From a virus (taxonomy: Duplodnaviria; Heunggongvirae; Uroviricota; Caudoviricetes), in the IMG/VR virus record IMGVR_UViG_3300009709_000001, positions 64,001 to 128,000 of that record: a DNA stretch of 64,000 nt. One strand, written 5' to 3'. The stretch's first letter is position 1. The number at the start of each line of letters is the position of its first letter. This document shows positions 39,786 to 49,151 of the stretch, piece by piece. The notes under the pieces were generated by a model, which was not told where the DNA came from, ran no database searches, and saw only the letters and a program-made list of their open reading frames with translations. The position numbers were made by a program, and so were the translations under genes.

Positions 39786-40146
39786 TTTTGAAATAGGTTA
39801 CTGGATTTCCGGCAACAGCCAGAGCAAGAAATGTTGTAAATTGATCCCATTCCGGATTTATTGTCGGTAACCTATCGTCAGCTATAATGATGCTAGGAGT
39901 GATTCCTTTACAACCAAATTCCGAATGAACAAACATAATGGTCATATAATTATCGAAAGAGACTCTATGCCGAAAATTTTCTCTTCTAGATGGCATTAAC
40001 CAACTCGGTACTTCACTAAACTTATCGAGCATAGCTTGTTTGAAGACTTTTATATCTTCAACCGAATTAAGTGCAACAAGGATAGTCTGTCCTCTTTTAT
40101 ACAAGACCAACATTGCCAAAAAGTTCAATACCTCATCTTTGTTCAT
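39775..40146 (-). CDS. degenerate terminase-ATPase-domain-like protein
   Basis: colinear similarity to the post-Walker-A segment of the terminase at 25081-26655. Confidence 0.55.
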   Translation of the reverse strand: MNKDEVLNFLAMLVLYKRGQTILVALNSVEDIKVFKQAMLDKFSEVPSWLMPSRRENFRHRVSFDNYMTIMFVHSEFGCKGITPSIIIADDRLPTINPEWDQFTTFLALAVAGNPVTYFKNDS

Positions 40147-41333
40147 TTGTCAATTCTCAAGATTACATGATGCTCATTAATCTTGCCACCGCACGGAATA
40201 TCTACCGTGGAGAGTTCCTTTAAAAATGTGCGAAGCTTAACTTTTGTTGCCTTTTTAAACTCTGCGAGACTCTCTGCGGGCTTCCTGAGCGTTTTTTCCG
40301 CGGAATCAGCAGAAAAATTCACTAAACTCGCCCCCTTTACACTGAGTCCGTCTGCGTCAAGCGCCTTATATTGTGCAAGCTTCCTGGTTTTGGTGTTATA
40401 AACCCAAACCTCTTTGGAACCAATAATCTGAACTGGGTTCAAACTAACAATACCTAAGGAACTATCATCCTTCTTGTACTTCAGCTTCGCAATCAATTTA
40501 TCGTGGGAAACTGGTTTCTTCTTACGTGGTGCACGAACAACCTTAGCCACTTCTTGGAACATATCGCATGCGCCGAGAATATTCTTGTAAAGCTGACTGA
40601 ACTTCTTCAGTTCTGGTTTTGTAAAGTTGGAATATGCTTCGACAAGGTCTTTGTCCTTGCCTTCTAGAACTTCTTCAATTTCCGCAGATCTAGATTCGAA
40701 GATTGCAAACAGATGACGAGCGTGCGGTCCCTTCAGATCGTTTGCTTTGAAGAGGGAAACAAAATCTTCGACGCTTTTAGGTGTGGATTTAGGGTCCATG
40801 ACAAAATCGTCTAACCACCCCTCCACTTCCCCTGCGACTTCCCTTGCCTTCTCCCTGATCCGGTCCTGGATTGAGATAACCACTTTAGGTACTGCTTCAA
40901 CATTTGTATCAGCGTCATCTTTCTTCTTGAGACGGGCAGTCTCCTGACGTAACGCGTCTTCCTTCGCCTCTTCCTCATCCAGTATCTTCTCAAGTGCTGG
41001 CATAAGCTTCGGGAATACTTCTTCCGGAATATCACTGCCATGGTTTAAAATATACATATATTTACCGACCGTGACAAACCTATTCTCGTCCTTATCCTTA
41101 ATGCGATCAAGGAACGGATGCTTTGCATCGATACTCTTTAGATATTTGATGACTTCTTTCTTTAGGTCAATCGCACTCATCTCATAATGAGCGTAGAGCA
41201 TCGCGCCTTGAAAGTTTGATTTGAAGTTTTTATGTGTTTTGACCGTCTGTGCGAAGTTGGGCTTAGGCCACGACACGTGAACGCCAGATGATACTTGTCT
41301 CTTTCCTGCCATTTTCAATTTCCCTTGAAACAT
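40143..41333 (-). CDS. conserved phage hypothetical protein
   Basis: 396-aa ORF, C-terminal WVYNTKTRKL..KTLRKP. Confidence 0.75.
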   Translation of the reverse strand: MFQGKLKMAGKRQVSSGVHVSWPKPNFAQTVKTHKNFKSNFQGAMLYAHYEMSAIDLKKEVIKYLKSIDAKHPFLDRIKDKDENRFVTVGKYMYILNHGSDIPEEVFPKLMPALEKILDEEEAKEDALRQETARLKKKDDADTNVEAVPKVVISIQDRIREKAREVAGEVEGWLDDFVMDPKSTPKSVEDFVSLFKANDLKGPHARHLFAIFESRSAEIEEVLEGKDKDLVEAYSNFTKPELKKFSQLYKNILGACDMFQEVAKVVRAPRKKKPVSHDKLIAKLKYKKDDSSLGIVSLNPVQIIGSKEVWVYNTKTRKLAQYKALDADGLSVKGASLVNFSADSAEKTLRKPAESLAEFKKATKVKLRTFLKELSTVDIPCGGKINEHHVILRIDK

Positions 41334-41417
41334 TTGCTATTTTAGCTTGAACTAAAATAGGAACGCAATTTTCTTGGTTCTTTGCGTTTTCAGGGTTTAT
41401 TTAGCAGACGAGGATTT

Positions 41418-41579
41418 TTAATCGGTTTCTTTGTTCTTATGCTTCTCTTTGCGGGTGAACTTTTTTGGTTCATGAGAGCCGGAACCGGAAGTTTTGGCAT
41501 GCTTCGCAACGAAGTTACGCGGCTTTGGTGCCTCGGTTTTCTTCTTTGGCTTACTTTCGAATAATTCAAGCAGTGTCAT
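41418..41579 (-). CDS. small basic protein (MTLLELFE..RNFVAKH..GSH..RKEKHK)
   Basis: GAGG RBS; start re-called to 41579. Confidence 0.7.
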   Translation of the reverse strand: MTLLELFESKPKKKTEAPKPRNFVAKHAKTSGSGSHEPKKFTRKEKHKNKETD

Positions 41580-41601
41580 ATCAACCTCAAATAGAAAATC
41601 A

Positions 41602-41672
41602 GGGATCACGGTAGCGAATCGTGATCCCCGACGACTCCTTCCGGAGTAACCCTAATGGTCCTAAGGGTGTCA
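41602..41672 (-). ncRNA. candidate three-hairpin structured RNA
   Basis: three adjacent stems immediately downstream of GATAAATA (41677-41684). Confidence 0.45.
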
Positions 41673-41696
41673 GAAGTATTTATCTATTCTGACCTT

Positions 41697-42134
41697 TTAC
41701 AGAGGATCTCCTGGCCACCAACGGATCGCTACAATCATGTCGGCACCCTTTGAACGGATGTAATTATCCATTAAGCTACGAATATTATTCGCACCTACAG
41801 GATTCATACTATGAACATAGAATCTGAACTCGGGTTGCATGCCTGCTTCCGGAAGTCCTTCTAAATCCATATCTAATTCAGTCAACCATTTTGCAAAATC
41901 GTAACCACTCGGGGCAGGTGTTGCATCAGTAACAACAATCAACCCAGATTCGTCTGTATCGAATGCCTCATAGCCCAGATCGTGATCAAAACTGACCACA
42001 TCGGGAAACCCATTGCGCTCAACCCACTCGCATGCCTCTTTGTAGGAACGAACAACATGCCACGGTCCACTCTCAAGTGCAACCCAAGTGACATCACCAG
42101 GATTGCGTTCATCATCGAGAAATAATTTTTTCAT
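41697..42134 (-). CDS. cyclic-phosphate-processing receiver (cREC-like) domain protein
   Basis: LFLDDER.P, VSFDHDLG, GYD.AKWL, VHSMNPVG. Confidence 0.8.
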   Translation of the reverse strand: MKKLFLDDERNPGDVTWVALESGPWHVVRSYKEACEWVERNGFPDVVSFDHDLGYEAFDTDESGLIVVTDATPAPSGYDFAKWLTELDMDLEGLPEAGMQPEFRFYVHSMNPVGANNIRSLMDNYIRSKGADMIVAIRWWPGDPL

Positions 42135-42574
42135 CTGTTAACCACTAGGTTAAATCGAAGATTGGTTCGTTCTTCGGGTTGCAATAATCGATCTTCCTGC
42201 AGATTCCAAAACCCTATTTTGGAATCATCAAAATACTTTCCACCGAATGCTAGTTGGTGTTGATCGCTATTTCCACAACCACCTTCAATATTTAACACTC
42301 GGCAAAGTTTCCAGACTGCAGGCCAACCATTGTAATCTCTTTTTTCGCAGCCGGACAATTCATTATTGTTGACATACAGATATCGAATTTTAAGTTGAGA
42401 TGCAGTCTTCTTCAGGGTGTCCCACATCTTATCCTGAACTTGTCTGTATTCATCAAGTTCCATCAACAAACAGGCTCTTACCAGCGGGCAAGATTCTCTC
42501 GAAATCTGTTGCTCTTTTTTGAGAAGTTCGCGCAACTTAACAATGTCATCATCAGTCATTGACTTAGTATACAT
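42131..42574 (-). CDS. hypothetical protein
   Basis: 147-aa coupled ORF. Confidence 0.65.
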   Translation of the reverse strand: MYTKSMTDDDIVKLRELLKKEQQISRESCPLVRACLLMELDEYRQVQDKMWDTLKKTASQLKIRYLYVNNNELSGCEKRDYNGWPAVWKLCRVLNIEGGCGNSDQHQLAFGGKYFDDSKIGFWNLQEDRLLQPEERTNLRFNLVVNR

Positions 42575-43437
42575 TATTTTTCGTTCCTTTGCAAATTTCC
42601 AGTAAGCCTAATTTTCGTGTTTGCTTGTTCCACTTCCTTCAAGATCGACAATCTCTCATTCTTATCTTCGCCAAGTATTGCCTTGACATCTTTCGGTAAG
42701 CAGCTACCACCATAACCATATTGCCCATCGTGCCCCGGAACTTGGAAATGGCTATCACCAAGTCTACCATCATTGGCAAGCAATGTGATAAATTCTGACC
42801 AATCCGAATCTGAACAACTACCATAGACATCGATATAAAGTTGCTGCATCTGATTAAGGAATGCAACCTTCATCGCTAAGAATGAGTTGATTGCATACTT
42901 GACCATCGAAGCTGCCCTAAAATCGACATAACTAAAGTTGATATTCATCCTAATCTGTGAATGGTTTGTATATATGGTTCTCAACTCATTACAATCGTGC
43001 CAATTTCCGGCCATAATTATTGAACTCGGATTCAGAACATCAAATTCCCAATTCGATTCCCTTAGAAATTCCGGAGAGTAAATAAATCGCAATGGCCCTT
43101 CTTTCCTTAGGATCTTATCCGATGCGAATTCCTCACACAAATCGTTGATTGCTGCAGGAGGAACTGTGCTCTTAAGCACGACTAAGCCCGCATAAGTTTG
43201 GTCCACTAAAACCTGCAAAACATTGCGGATTATGCTTATGTCCACAGACCCATCCGCTAGTGTGGGCGCAGGGACAGACACAAAAATTACACGCGGATTA
43301 AATTCCCAAACCATATTATAGATGGAGTGATGTGGATGAGTTTTTGGATCAACCACATAGGACACCGAATTATGTTCGAAAACATATTCCTGCGCACGAC
43401 CTACAAAACCGTAACCAATAAATCCTAGTTTTAGCAT
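42574..43437 (-). CDS. UDP-glucose/GDP-mannose dehydrogenase family protein (short form)
   Basis: GYGFVG, KSTVPP, PEFLRE, catalytic GGSCLPKD. Confidence 0.9.
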   Translation of the reverse strand: MLKLGFIGYGFVGRAQEYVFEHNSVSYVVDPKTHPHHSIYNMVWEFNPRVIFVSVPAPTLADGSVDISIIRNVLQVLVDQTYAGLVVLKSTVPPAAINDLCEEFASDKILRKEGPLRFIYSPEFLRESNWEFDVLNPSSIIMAGNWHDCNELRTIYTNHSQIRMNINFSYVDFRAASMVKYAINSFLAMKVAFLNQMQQLYIDVYGSCSDSDWSEFITLLANDGRLGDSHFQVPGHDGQYGYGGSCLPKDVKAILGEDKNERLSILKEVEQANTKIRLTGNLQRNEK

Positions 43438-43447
43438 CTTACCTCCT

Positions 43448-43482
43448 AAAAAAAATGGTAGTGAGTTTCCCCACTACCATTT
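43448..43482 (-). terminator. intrinsic terminator
   Basis: AAATGGTAGTG/CACTACCATTT stem with U8 tract. Confidence 0.85.
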
Positions 43483-43485
43483 CCC

Positions 43486-43673
43486 TGTATGTACCTAGGC
43501 ACCCCACCTAAGTTCCCCGTCCTGCATTTCGGATCCTCCGTGGTTACATTCCAATTGTAGTCGGAAGTGCCACTCCGCCCTTAATAGAAGCATGTATACC
43601 GGTACCGGCATTTGTCACATAGGCCCTACGTATCGACTGCAGGTTCTCGACCGGCCCTACAAGGCCACATACA
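43486..43673 (-). ncRNA. candidate ~190-nt structured ncRNA
   Basis: GC-rich intergenic block with terminal TGTATGT/ACATACA stem, internal stems and its own terminator. Confidence 0.6.
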
Positions 43674-43679
43674 AAAACC

Positions 43680-44063
43680 TTACTTTAAAGCTCCAATTGC
43701 ATTATACGTTTCGCATTGTATCTTTGCAAGAGCTTCAATCTTTTCATCATATGGTATATCATCCTTTTCAGGCTTCTTACCATATACTCTTTTAGTTATC
43801 TTCTCAAAATTGCGCATCAAATCATACAGATTATGTTGCACGATCTTCGAGTACGATTTCGATTGCTTTGCGACATAACTATCGACGCAGGCTGCAATCT
43901 TATTCTCCCTTTCTACCAAGTCTGGTAGATCTTTTAGCTCAAATACGAACTGGTCGGCGAATATCTGGTGCACCTGCAATATCGGTGATATTTCAACAGG
44001 TGTCTCAGGTTTAGCAAATGCACTCGAAGATAAAGCTATCAGAAGAGAAAGTAATACTCTCAT
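43680..44063 (-). CDS. secreted hypothetical protein
   Basis: signal peptide MRVLLSLLIALSSSAFA. Confidence 0.7.
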   Translation of the reverse strand: MRVLLSLLIALSSSAFAKPETPVEISPILQVHQIFADQFVFELKDLPDLVERENKIAACVDSYVAKQSKSYSKIVQHNLYDLMRNFEKITKRVYGKKPEKDDIPYDEKIEALAKIQCETYNAIGALK

Positions 44064-44069
44064 TTTCTA

Positions 44070-44093
44070 AAGAAGGGGCGAACCCCTTCTTTT
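44070..44093. terminator. terminator hairpin after rIIB
   Basis: AAGAAGGGG-cgaa-CCCCTTCTT (UUCG loop on the minus strand). Confidence 0.75.
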
Positions 44094-45081
44094 AGACTTC
44101 AGTGCCGTCCTGGCGAACGATCTTCAGCTTAGCCTTCTTGCCGTCGATGTTACGCTGCACTTGCTCGATTGCGTCGAGATAAGTCATGTTGGTGTATTCA
44201 ACTGCACCACCGTTCACACGAACCAGGTTGTACAACTCATCGGCCGGATCATCTTCTGGCTGAGTTGGCTTCACGCCAGTCGGGAAAGGCCATGCAGCAA
44301 GAGCAGCATCCTTCTTAGCAGGCTTCTTGCTGAAGTCGCCATTGATTACCTTGCTGAATGCTTCTGCAGGGTTGCCGTTCACTTGACCAACCACTTCGTA
44401 CTTGCAGCAACGACCCTTCGCACCATTATAGTCCTTAGGAACGCTAACCACATCAGCAGGGTTGATCTTCAGGATCATGACTGGATCACCACCAGAACCG
44501 AAATGCTGCAGATAGCTTTCGCTGCAGAAGTGCAAACCGCTGGAGCAATAGGAATCAGGATTGTCGTCAACCGAGTTACGATCCATTTCAACAACTTCAC
44601 CGATACCATTGAAAATAGTGTTCGAGTGAAGGTCGTTGTAGTTGTCCTTACGCACCTTCTTGAATGCAAGGAAGTGGCCGTCTTCAGTAATCGGCAGGCT
44701 GTTGCGCTCAAGGAAGTCATACATCTGATTGACAGAACGCATGGATGGGTTCAGCATCAAATTTTCCATGAAACGAATCATCGGATCGATCGGGAAACCG
44801 TCCTGATACATTTGAATCATTCGCTTTGCCAAGCTATTATGGAAAGGTTGGCCCTTCCAGAAAATTTCGTCGCCTTCGATACTCACATGACCAGCACCAA
44901 AGTTAACGATAGCCTTTTTCGGTTCGATCAGGTCGCGCAGGGCGTCCCAATCCTTTTCCTTCAGTGCATCGATAATTTTCGTGTACGAGATGTGTGTACT
45001 TTGGCTGACAGTGTGGCTTTTTCCATCAACCACGAGGATGATGTTTTTGCCTTGCAGCAGATAAGGAATTGCCTTAGTCAT
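44092..45081 (-). CDS. rIIB: rIIB-like protein
   Basis: NPS..LPITEDGHFLAFKKVR..CSSGLHFCS..INPADVVSVPKDY..KGRCCKYEV. Confidence 0.92.
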   Translation of the reverse strand: MTKAIPYLLQGKNIILVVDGKSHTVSQSTHISYTKIIDALKEKDWDALRDLIEPKKAIVNFGAGHVSIEGDEIFWKGQPFHNSLAKRMIQMYQDGFPIDPMIRFMENLMLNPSMRSVNQMYDFLERNSLPITEDGHFLAFKKVRKDNYNDLHSNTIFNGIGEVVEMDRNSVDDNPDSYCSSGLHFCSESYLQHFGSGGDPVMILKINPADVVSVPKDYNGAKGRCCKYEVVGQVNGNPAEAFSKVINGDFSKKPAKKDAALAAWPFPTGVKPTQPEDDPADELYNLVRVNGGAVEYTNMTYLDAIEQVQRNIDGKKAKLKIVRQDGTEV

Positions 45082-47215
45082 TTGTGTTCTCCGTTTTATC
45101 AATCAATTTAATGTAATCAGCTACCAATTTATCAGGAGCATATTTCAAATGCTCAAGCAGAGGATATCTTGCCTTTAGGGCATCCTTTTCCTTCTGCACT
45201 TTCTTCTGGATATCGGCAACCTTTACAGTTTTACCGTACTTGGCACTCAACGATACCAATCCAGCGAGATCATTTTGCGCATGGTAATAGCCAGTCGGCG
45301 TTACCTTGCTTGTTTTCGGGTTTGTATGCATCGCAACAAACTCCGAATACTTGGAGTCTTTGCCCACAAGCTTCGCAATGTCCTTGTTAGTATAGCATGT
45401 TTCGCCGTATCCGTCAAACATATTGAGTGCAATGGCCGACTCAATATCTGCATCAGATACCTTCATAACTTCTTCTTTAACTTTCTCTTCGACCCAGACC
45501 CAGTTCGTCAGAGGTTTGATATCTTTCAAGACACTCTTACGCACACCGTAAATCGGAAGTCTATCTAAAGTCTTGATGCCCGAATTCTGAAGCTGAGATA
45601 CTAGTTCGAATAGAGCAAAATGATCTCCCTCAAGTGTTTGAGGAGAGTAGTTGCTCAAGGCCACATAGTTATATGTGACAGTATCGTCGTTCTCAAAACC
45701 GTCGCCCACAGGAACCCAGGTGTAATCACTTCTACCGGACCTGTATTCAAGTTGCATGATGCCTTGCTTAGTTTCGGCCTTAATGCGTTCTTTCTTCTGA
45801 AGTGTGCTTGCCTTGACCACGGTGTGTGGTGAATGAAGTTCCTTCAAGAACTTGTCGTACGCCTCTTGACGCACAGCCATATCCGGGCTCGAATGCGACA
45901 CGCAATAGATATTAACATGAGAACCATGATGATTCACATAGTGATATCGAGCACGAGTAGCACAACCAGTTTTTAGGTCATTCAACACAATAATCGTGTC
46001 GTCTGACACAGGAATGTTCATGCTATAAACGTAATTACCGTTTACATACTTCGATCTGTGGTTGATCTTAGAACTACCTGTACCATGGCAGGATGCTGCT
46101 ACGATTTCGAGATCCTTTTGCTTGAGTTCATCGAGCGTAAAGCTGAATTCAAAATGACCGTAATAGTTATTCGGATCGAAAAGCTTGAACTTGGTATCTG
46201 CAACATATTTCTTGACTGCTGCACCATACAAACGAGACCTGGATTCAGCTCCAAGATATACAGAACGCTTCCATTCACAAGTGATTGCGTCGGCTTTAGC
46301 CTTCAAATGGCTAACCAAGTTGTTGTTAACTTCGGTCAGTTTTTCCTTGATGCTACGAAGCGTCAATGGAACATAGCTGAGCTCTTCACGAGAAGCTGCA
46401 AAGTCCAACTTACCGATATCAAATTCGATAATTAGACCACATTCGAGCAGGTCTGCCAAATCACCAAAATGCTTTCTTGCCTCTGGGATCTTGTTGAGCG
46501 GATAGGCAATGTTACCCATCACCGCCATACAACCATGACTGCCCCAGGTATGTACACCGGGAACAATGTCCTTTTCAGTGTAACGAACTGGTTCAAGTGT
46601 TACCTTAGCACCTGTAATCGTAGGCAAAACCTTAAACCACTTAAATACTTCCACTGCTTCGTGTCGGAAGCTATCGTAATCGTATTTGTCAGTGACGCTG
46701 AACTTAACTTCAACGCCGTTGCTTTCAGATGACTCTTCTGCAGACATGGCAGTAACGCAAGGAACACCTTGGTCGTTAATATAAGCGCTATAGATGCGCT
46801 TCATGCCGTCTTTGACTGCCGTTACCGTAAAATTCTCGGTATAGCTGAAGGGTGACTTAGAGCCAAGGCCAAGTGCACCAATGAAATCATTCGAGTTGGT
46901 CTTTGTAGATTCGAAATAGGTGGTGTAAATATTCATCACCTGTGAATCGTCAAGGCCAGTACCGAAGTCGCGAACTGCAAACCATGGTTCGAGCATAGTA
47001 GGTAGGTGAACTTCAAAGGGAACATCTGCCTTACCTGCGGCTACATGGCTATCAACCGCATTGCAAGAAAGTTCGCGGATGATTGCTCTCTTTTTGTTCG
47101 AATACAAACCGTCCGAAAGAATCTTGAATGCTTTTGCCGAGTTGCGAATTTTAAATTCGCCCGACGCACCTACGTTCGATAATGTAACCTCATTAACTGC
47201 TACGTCAAGTTTCAT
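45074..47215 (-). CDS. rIIA: rIIA-like protein (GHKL ATPase)
   Basis: LYSNK..IRELSCNAVDSH, VRDFGTGL, GLGSKSPFSY. Confidence 0.93.
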   Translation of the reverse strand: MKLDVAVNEVTLSNVGASGEFKIRNSAKAFKILSDGLYSNKKRAIIRELSCNAVDSHVAAGKADVPFEVHLPTMLEPWFAVRDFGTGLDDSQVMNIYTTYFESTKTNSNDFIGALGLGSKSPFSYTENFTVTAVKDGMKRIYSAYINDQGVPCVTAMSAEESSESNGVEVKFSVTDKYDYDSFRHEAVEVFKWFKVLPTITGAKVTLEPVRYTEKDIVPGVHTWGSHGCMAVMGNIAYPLNKIPEARKHFGDLADLLECGLIIEFDIGKLDFAASREELSYVPLTLRSIKEKLTEVNNNLVSHLKAKADAITCEWKRSVYLGAESRSRLYGAAVKKYVADTKFKLFDPNNYYGHFEFSFTLDELKQKDLEIVAASCHGTGSSKINHRSKYVNGNYVYSMNIPVSDDTIIVLNDLKTGCATRARYHYVNHHGSHVNIYCVSHSSPDMAVRQEAYDKFLKELHSPHTVVKASTLQKKERIKAETKQGIMQLEYRSGRSDYTWVPVGDGFENDDTVTYNYVALSNYSPQTLEGDHFALFELVSQLQNSGIKTLDRLPIYGVRKSVLKDIKPLTNWVWVEEKVKEEVMKVSDADIESAIALNMFDGYGETCYTNKDIAKLVGKDSKYSEFVAMHTNPKTSKVTPTGYYHAQNDLAGLVSLSAKYGKTVKVADIQKKVQKEKDALKARYPLLEHLKYAPDKLVADYIKLIDKTENTND

Positions 47216-47383
47216 TGTTGTTATTTTCCTGTGTGTGGATCAAAGTTAGATTTTGCAAATTTGTCAACTGGTTTGTCAATTTTGACTATTGCTTTTTGAT
47301 AATGTAGTTATCAAACCGACTTGTTTATGATAAATACAATATCGAAAATGGTTTCGATACTAAAGAGTAAAGGAGAGGCCCAA

Positions 47384-47809
47384 ATGGGAAGACCTATTCA
47401 AAAGAAATGGTTCGGGTTAGCATCGCTATCTGGCAACCAAATCGTTGTCAATGGCGTTAAGTTCGCCGATGGTACAACTGCATCGAATGCTTACATCGTT
47501 AAGCAAACCGGTTCTGCAGCTTATGTTGTTCAAGATACCGCGAAGACTCACGCACCAGAAATCGTATTCATGGTTAACGCAAATGCATTGTCGGCATTGT
47601 TGCCAGGTCAGTGTTTCATTACTGCAACACCGTTCGGTGGCTCTGCACTTCCATGCGCGAAGATTGCACAGTTCCGTGTCGATCTTTACACAACACCTAA
47701 CAGTGTTCCACGTGAAGTTGGTGATCCAGCAGTTCAGGCACAGGCAAGCTACACATGGTCGACACAACCAGCTGTCGCTCCAGGTCAAGCTAATCTTAAC
47801 CTAGCTTAA
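47384..47809 (+). CDS. putative virion structural protein
   Basis: MGRPIQKKWFG; AGGAG RBS, GATAAATA at 47329-47336, terminator downstream. Confidence 0.7.
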   Translation: MGRPIQKKWFGLASLSGNQIVVNGVKFADGTTASNAYIVKQTGSAAYVVQDTAKTHAPEIVFMVNANALSALLPGQCFITATPFGGSALPCAKIAQFRVDLYTTPNSVPREVGDPAVQAQASYTWSTQPAVAPGQANLNLA

Positions 47810-47827
47810 AGAATTTTGTTTCTTATT

Positions 47828-47854
47828 AGGGGACTTTCGGGTCCCTTATTTTTT
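47828..47854 (+). terminator. intrinsic terminator
   Basis: GGGACT-TTCG-GGTCCC followed by T-tract. Confidence 0.75.
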
Positions 47855-48028
47855 GGCCGCATATTGCAGAATGACGTATCCAATCCAACTTAAACCAAGC
47901 ACAACCAGAAAAGCATAGAACTTTGCCCATCCGGTATAGAAATCGGATCTTAAAATCGCAATTATTGGATAAATGAGAAATGCGAACAGTACAAATAGTA
48001 CCATTGCAAGATAGAGAAGAAATTCCAT
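47846..48028 (-). CDS. small two-TM membrane protein
   Basis: 60 aa, two hydrophobic helices. Confidence 0.55.
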   Translation of the reverse strand: MEFLLYLAMVLFVLFAFLIYPIIAILRSDFYTGWAKFYAFLVVLGLSWIGYVILQYAAKK

Positions 48029-48057
48029 GAATCAAACCTGTGTCTATAAATATCACT

Positions 48058-48561
48058 ATGAAATGCTTACATTGCGACAAACCGTTACTCGGTCAATATC
48101 AAAAGAAATTCTGCAACAGATCTTGTTCCGCTTCGTTTAATAACGCATTCAAAATTAAGAATGGAAAATACTTATCGAAACAATGTTCTATTTGTAGTGA
48201 AGGTACTAATAACCCGAAATACTGCTCCCTTATCTGCAGAAACAAAAATCTTGCTAAACCAAGAAAATATAAAACGCAGGAAGAAAGGGATTGTGCTCGA
48301 AAACTTCTGCAAAGAGAAGCATACGCAAGGTATGCTGCTAAGAAGAGAAATCAAACACCAATCGATGCCGATTTAAAAGCTATTAAGGAATTTTATTTAG
48401 GTTGCCCCAATGGGCATGAAGTCGATCATATTATACCAATTTCGAAAGGTGGTTTGCACACCTTATCAAATCTCCAATATCTAACTATTTCGGAGAATAG
48501 AAAGAAATCAAATAAAATTTTGGTACCCCCGCCCAGAATCGAACTGGGACCTTCCCTTTAG
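48058..48561 (+). CDS. HNH endonuclease with Zn fingers
   Basis: CxxC repeats; EVDHIIPISKGGLH..NLQYL...NRKKSN; TATAAATA at 48045-48052. Confidence 0.88.
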   Translation: MKCLHCDKPLLGQYQKKFCNRSCSASFNNAFKIKNGKYLSKQCSICSEGTNNPKYCSLICRNKNLAKPRKYKTQEERDCARKLLQREAYARYAAKKRNQTPIDADLKAIKEFYLGCPNGHEVDHIIPISKGGLHTLSNLQYLTISENRKKSNKILVPPPRIELGPSL

Positions 48562-48595
48562 GAGAGGACTATTCTGTCCATTGAACTACGGGGAT
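48521..48595 (-). tRNA. tRNA-Arg(CCT)
   Basis: cloverleaf, loop CTCCTAA, GTTCGATT, encoded CCA. Confidence 0.88.
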
Positions 48596-48596
48596 T

Positions 48597-49121
48597 TTAA
48601 ACTCTTTTACCTGCTATTAATGCGGCTGCCTTATTCGCCTGGTCGGCGCGGCATTTAGATAATTTGGCAGAGGCGGATGCTAATTTGCTCCGGATTCCCT
48701 GACCTTCGGCAATTGGCAGAGAAACATGATCTAAACACCACTTAGATTTTCGTTTCAATTCAGCAAACTGGTCTTCAAATTCTGATAGATTATCAAAATT
48801 AAGATCCGACAATAAATTATCGAAATTGATAACTTCGAACCTAAAATCGCGAGCTGCTGTTTCAATTGGTATTTCTTTTCCCGCGGATGCATTTTGCAAA
48901 GACACAATCTGCTCCGTCAGAGAAGAAATCTGCAATCTTAGCTCGGTAACAGAATTTTCTGTCTGTATTAATCGGTTTCTTGACACTGGCAAAATCCTGT
49001 CAAGAACCCATTTAACCCAAGGCCTGTCCTTAAACATCCAGGTAAGTACAGCCGGGATAAAACCAATAAGGAATAAGCTTAATGCGCTCAATCCTGCATA
49101 CCAGCCGATACTGCGGCCCAA
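48597..49121 (-). CDS. membrane-anchored coiled-coil hypothetical protein
   Basis: N-terminal TM then coiled coil; start uncertain. Confidence 0.55.
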   Translation of the reverse strand: MGRSIGWYAGLSALSLFLIGFIPAVLTWMFKDRPWVKWVLDRILPVSRNRLIQTENSVTELRLQISSLTEQIVSLQNASAGKEIPIETAARDFRFEVINFDNLLSDLNFDNLSEFEDQFAELKRKSKWCLDHVSLPIAEGQGIRSKLASASAKLSKCRADQANKAAALIAGKRV

Positions 49122-49151
49122 ATTATCGAAAATTCAAACATATTTATATGG

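Noticed and set aside
44161-45111. 316-aa plus-strand ORF
   Set aside because: Antisense shadow of rIIB caused by codon bias; the same applies to plus-strand ORFs over gp32, sheath and DUF2828
47262-47279. Tandem TTGACA boxes upstream of rIIA as a defined promoter
   Set aside because: No convincing -10 hexamer at 17-nt spacing, so left uncalled
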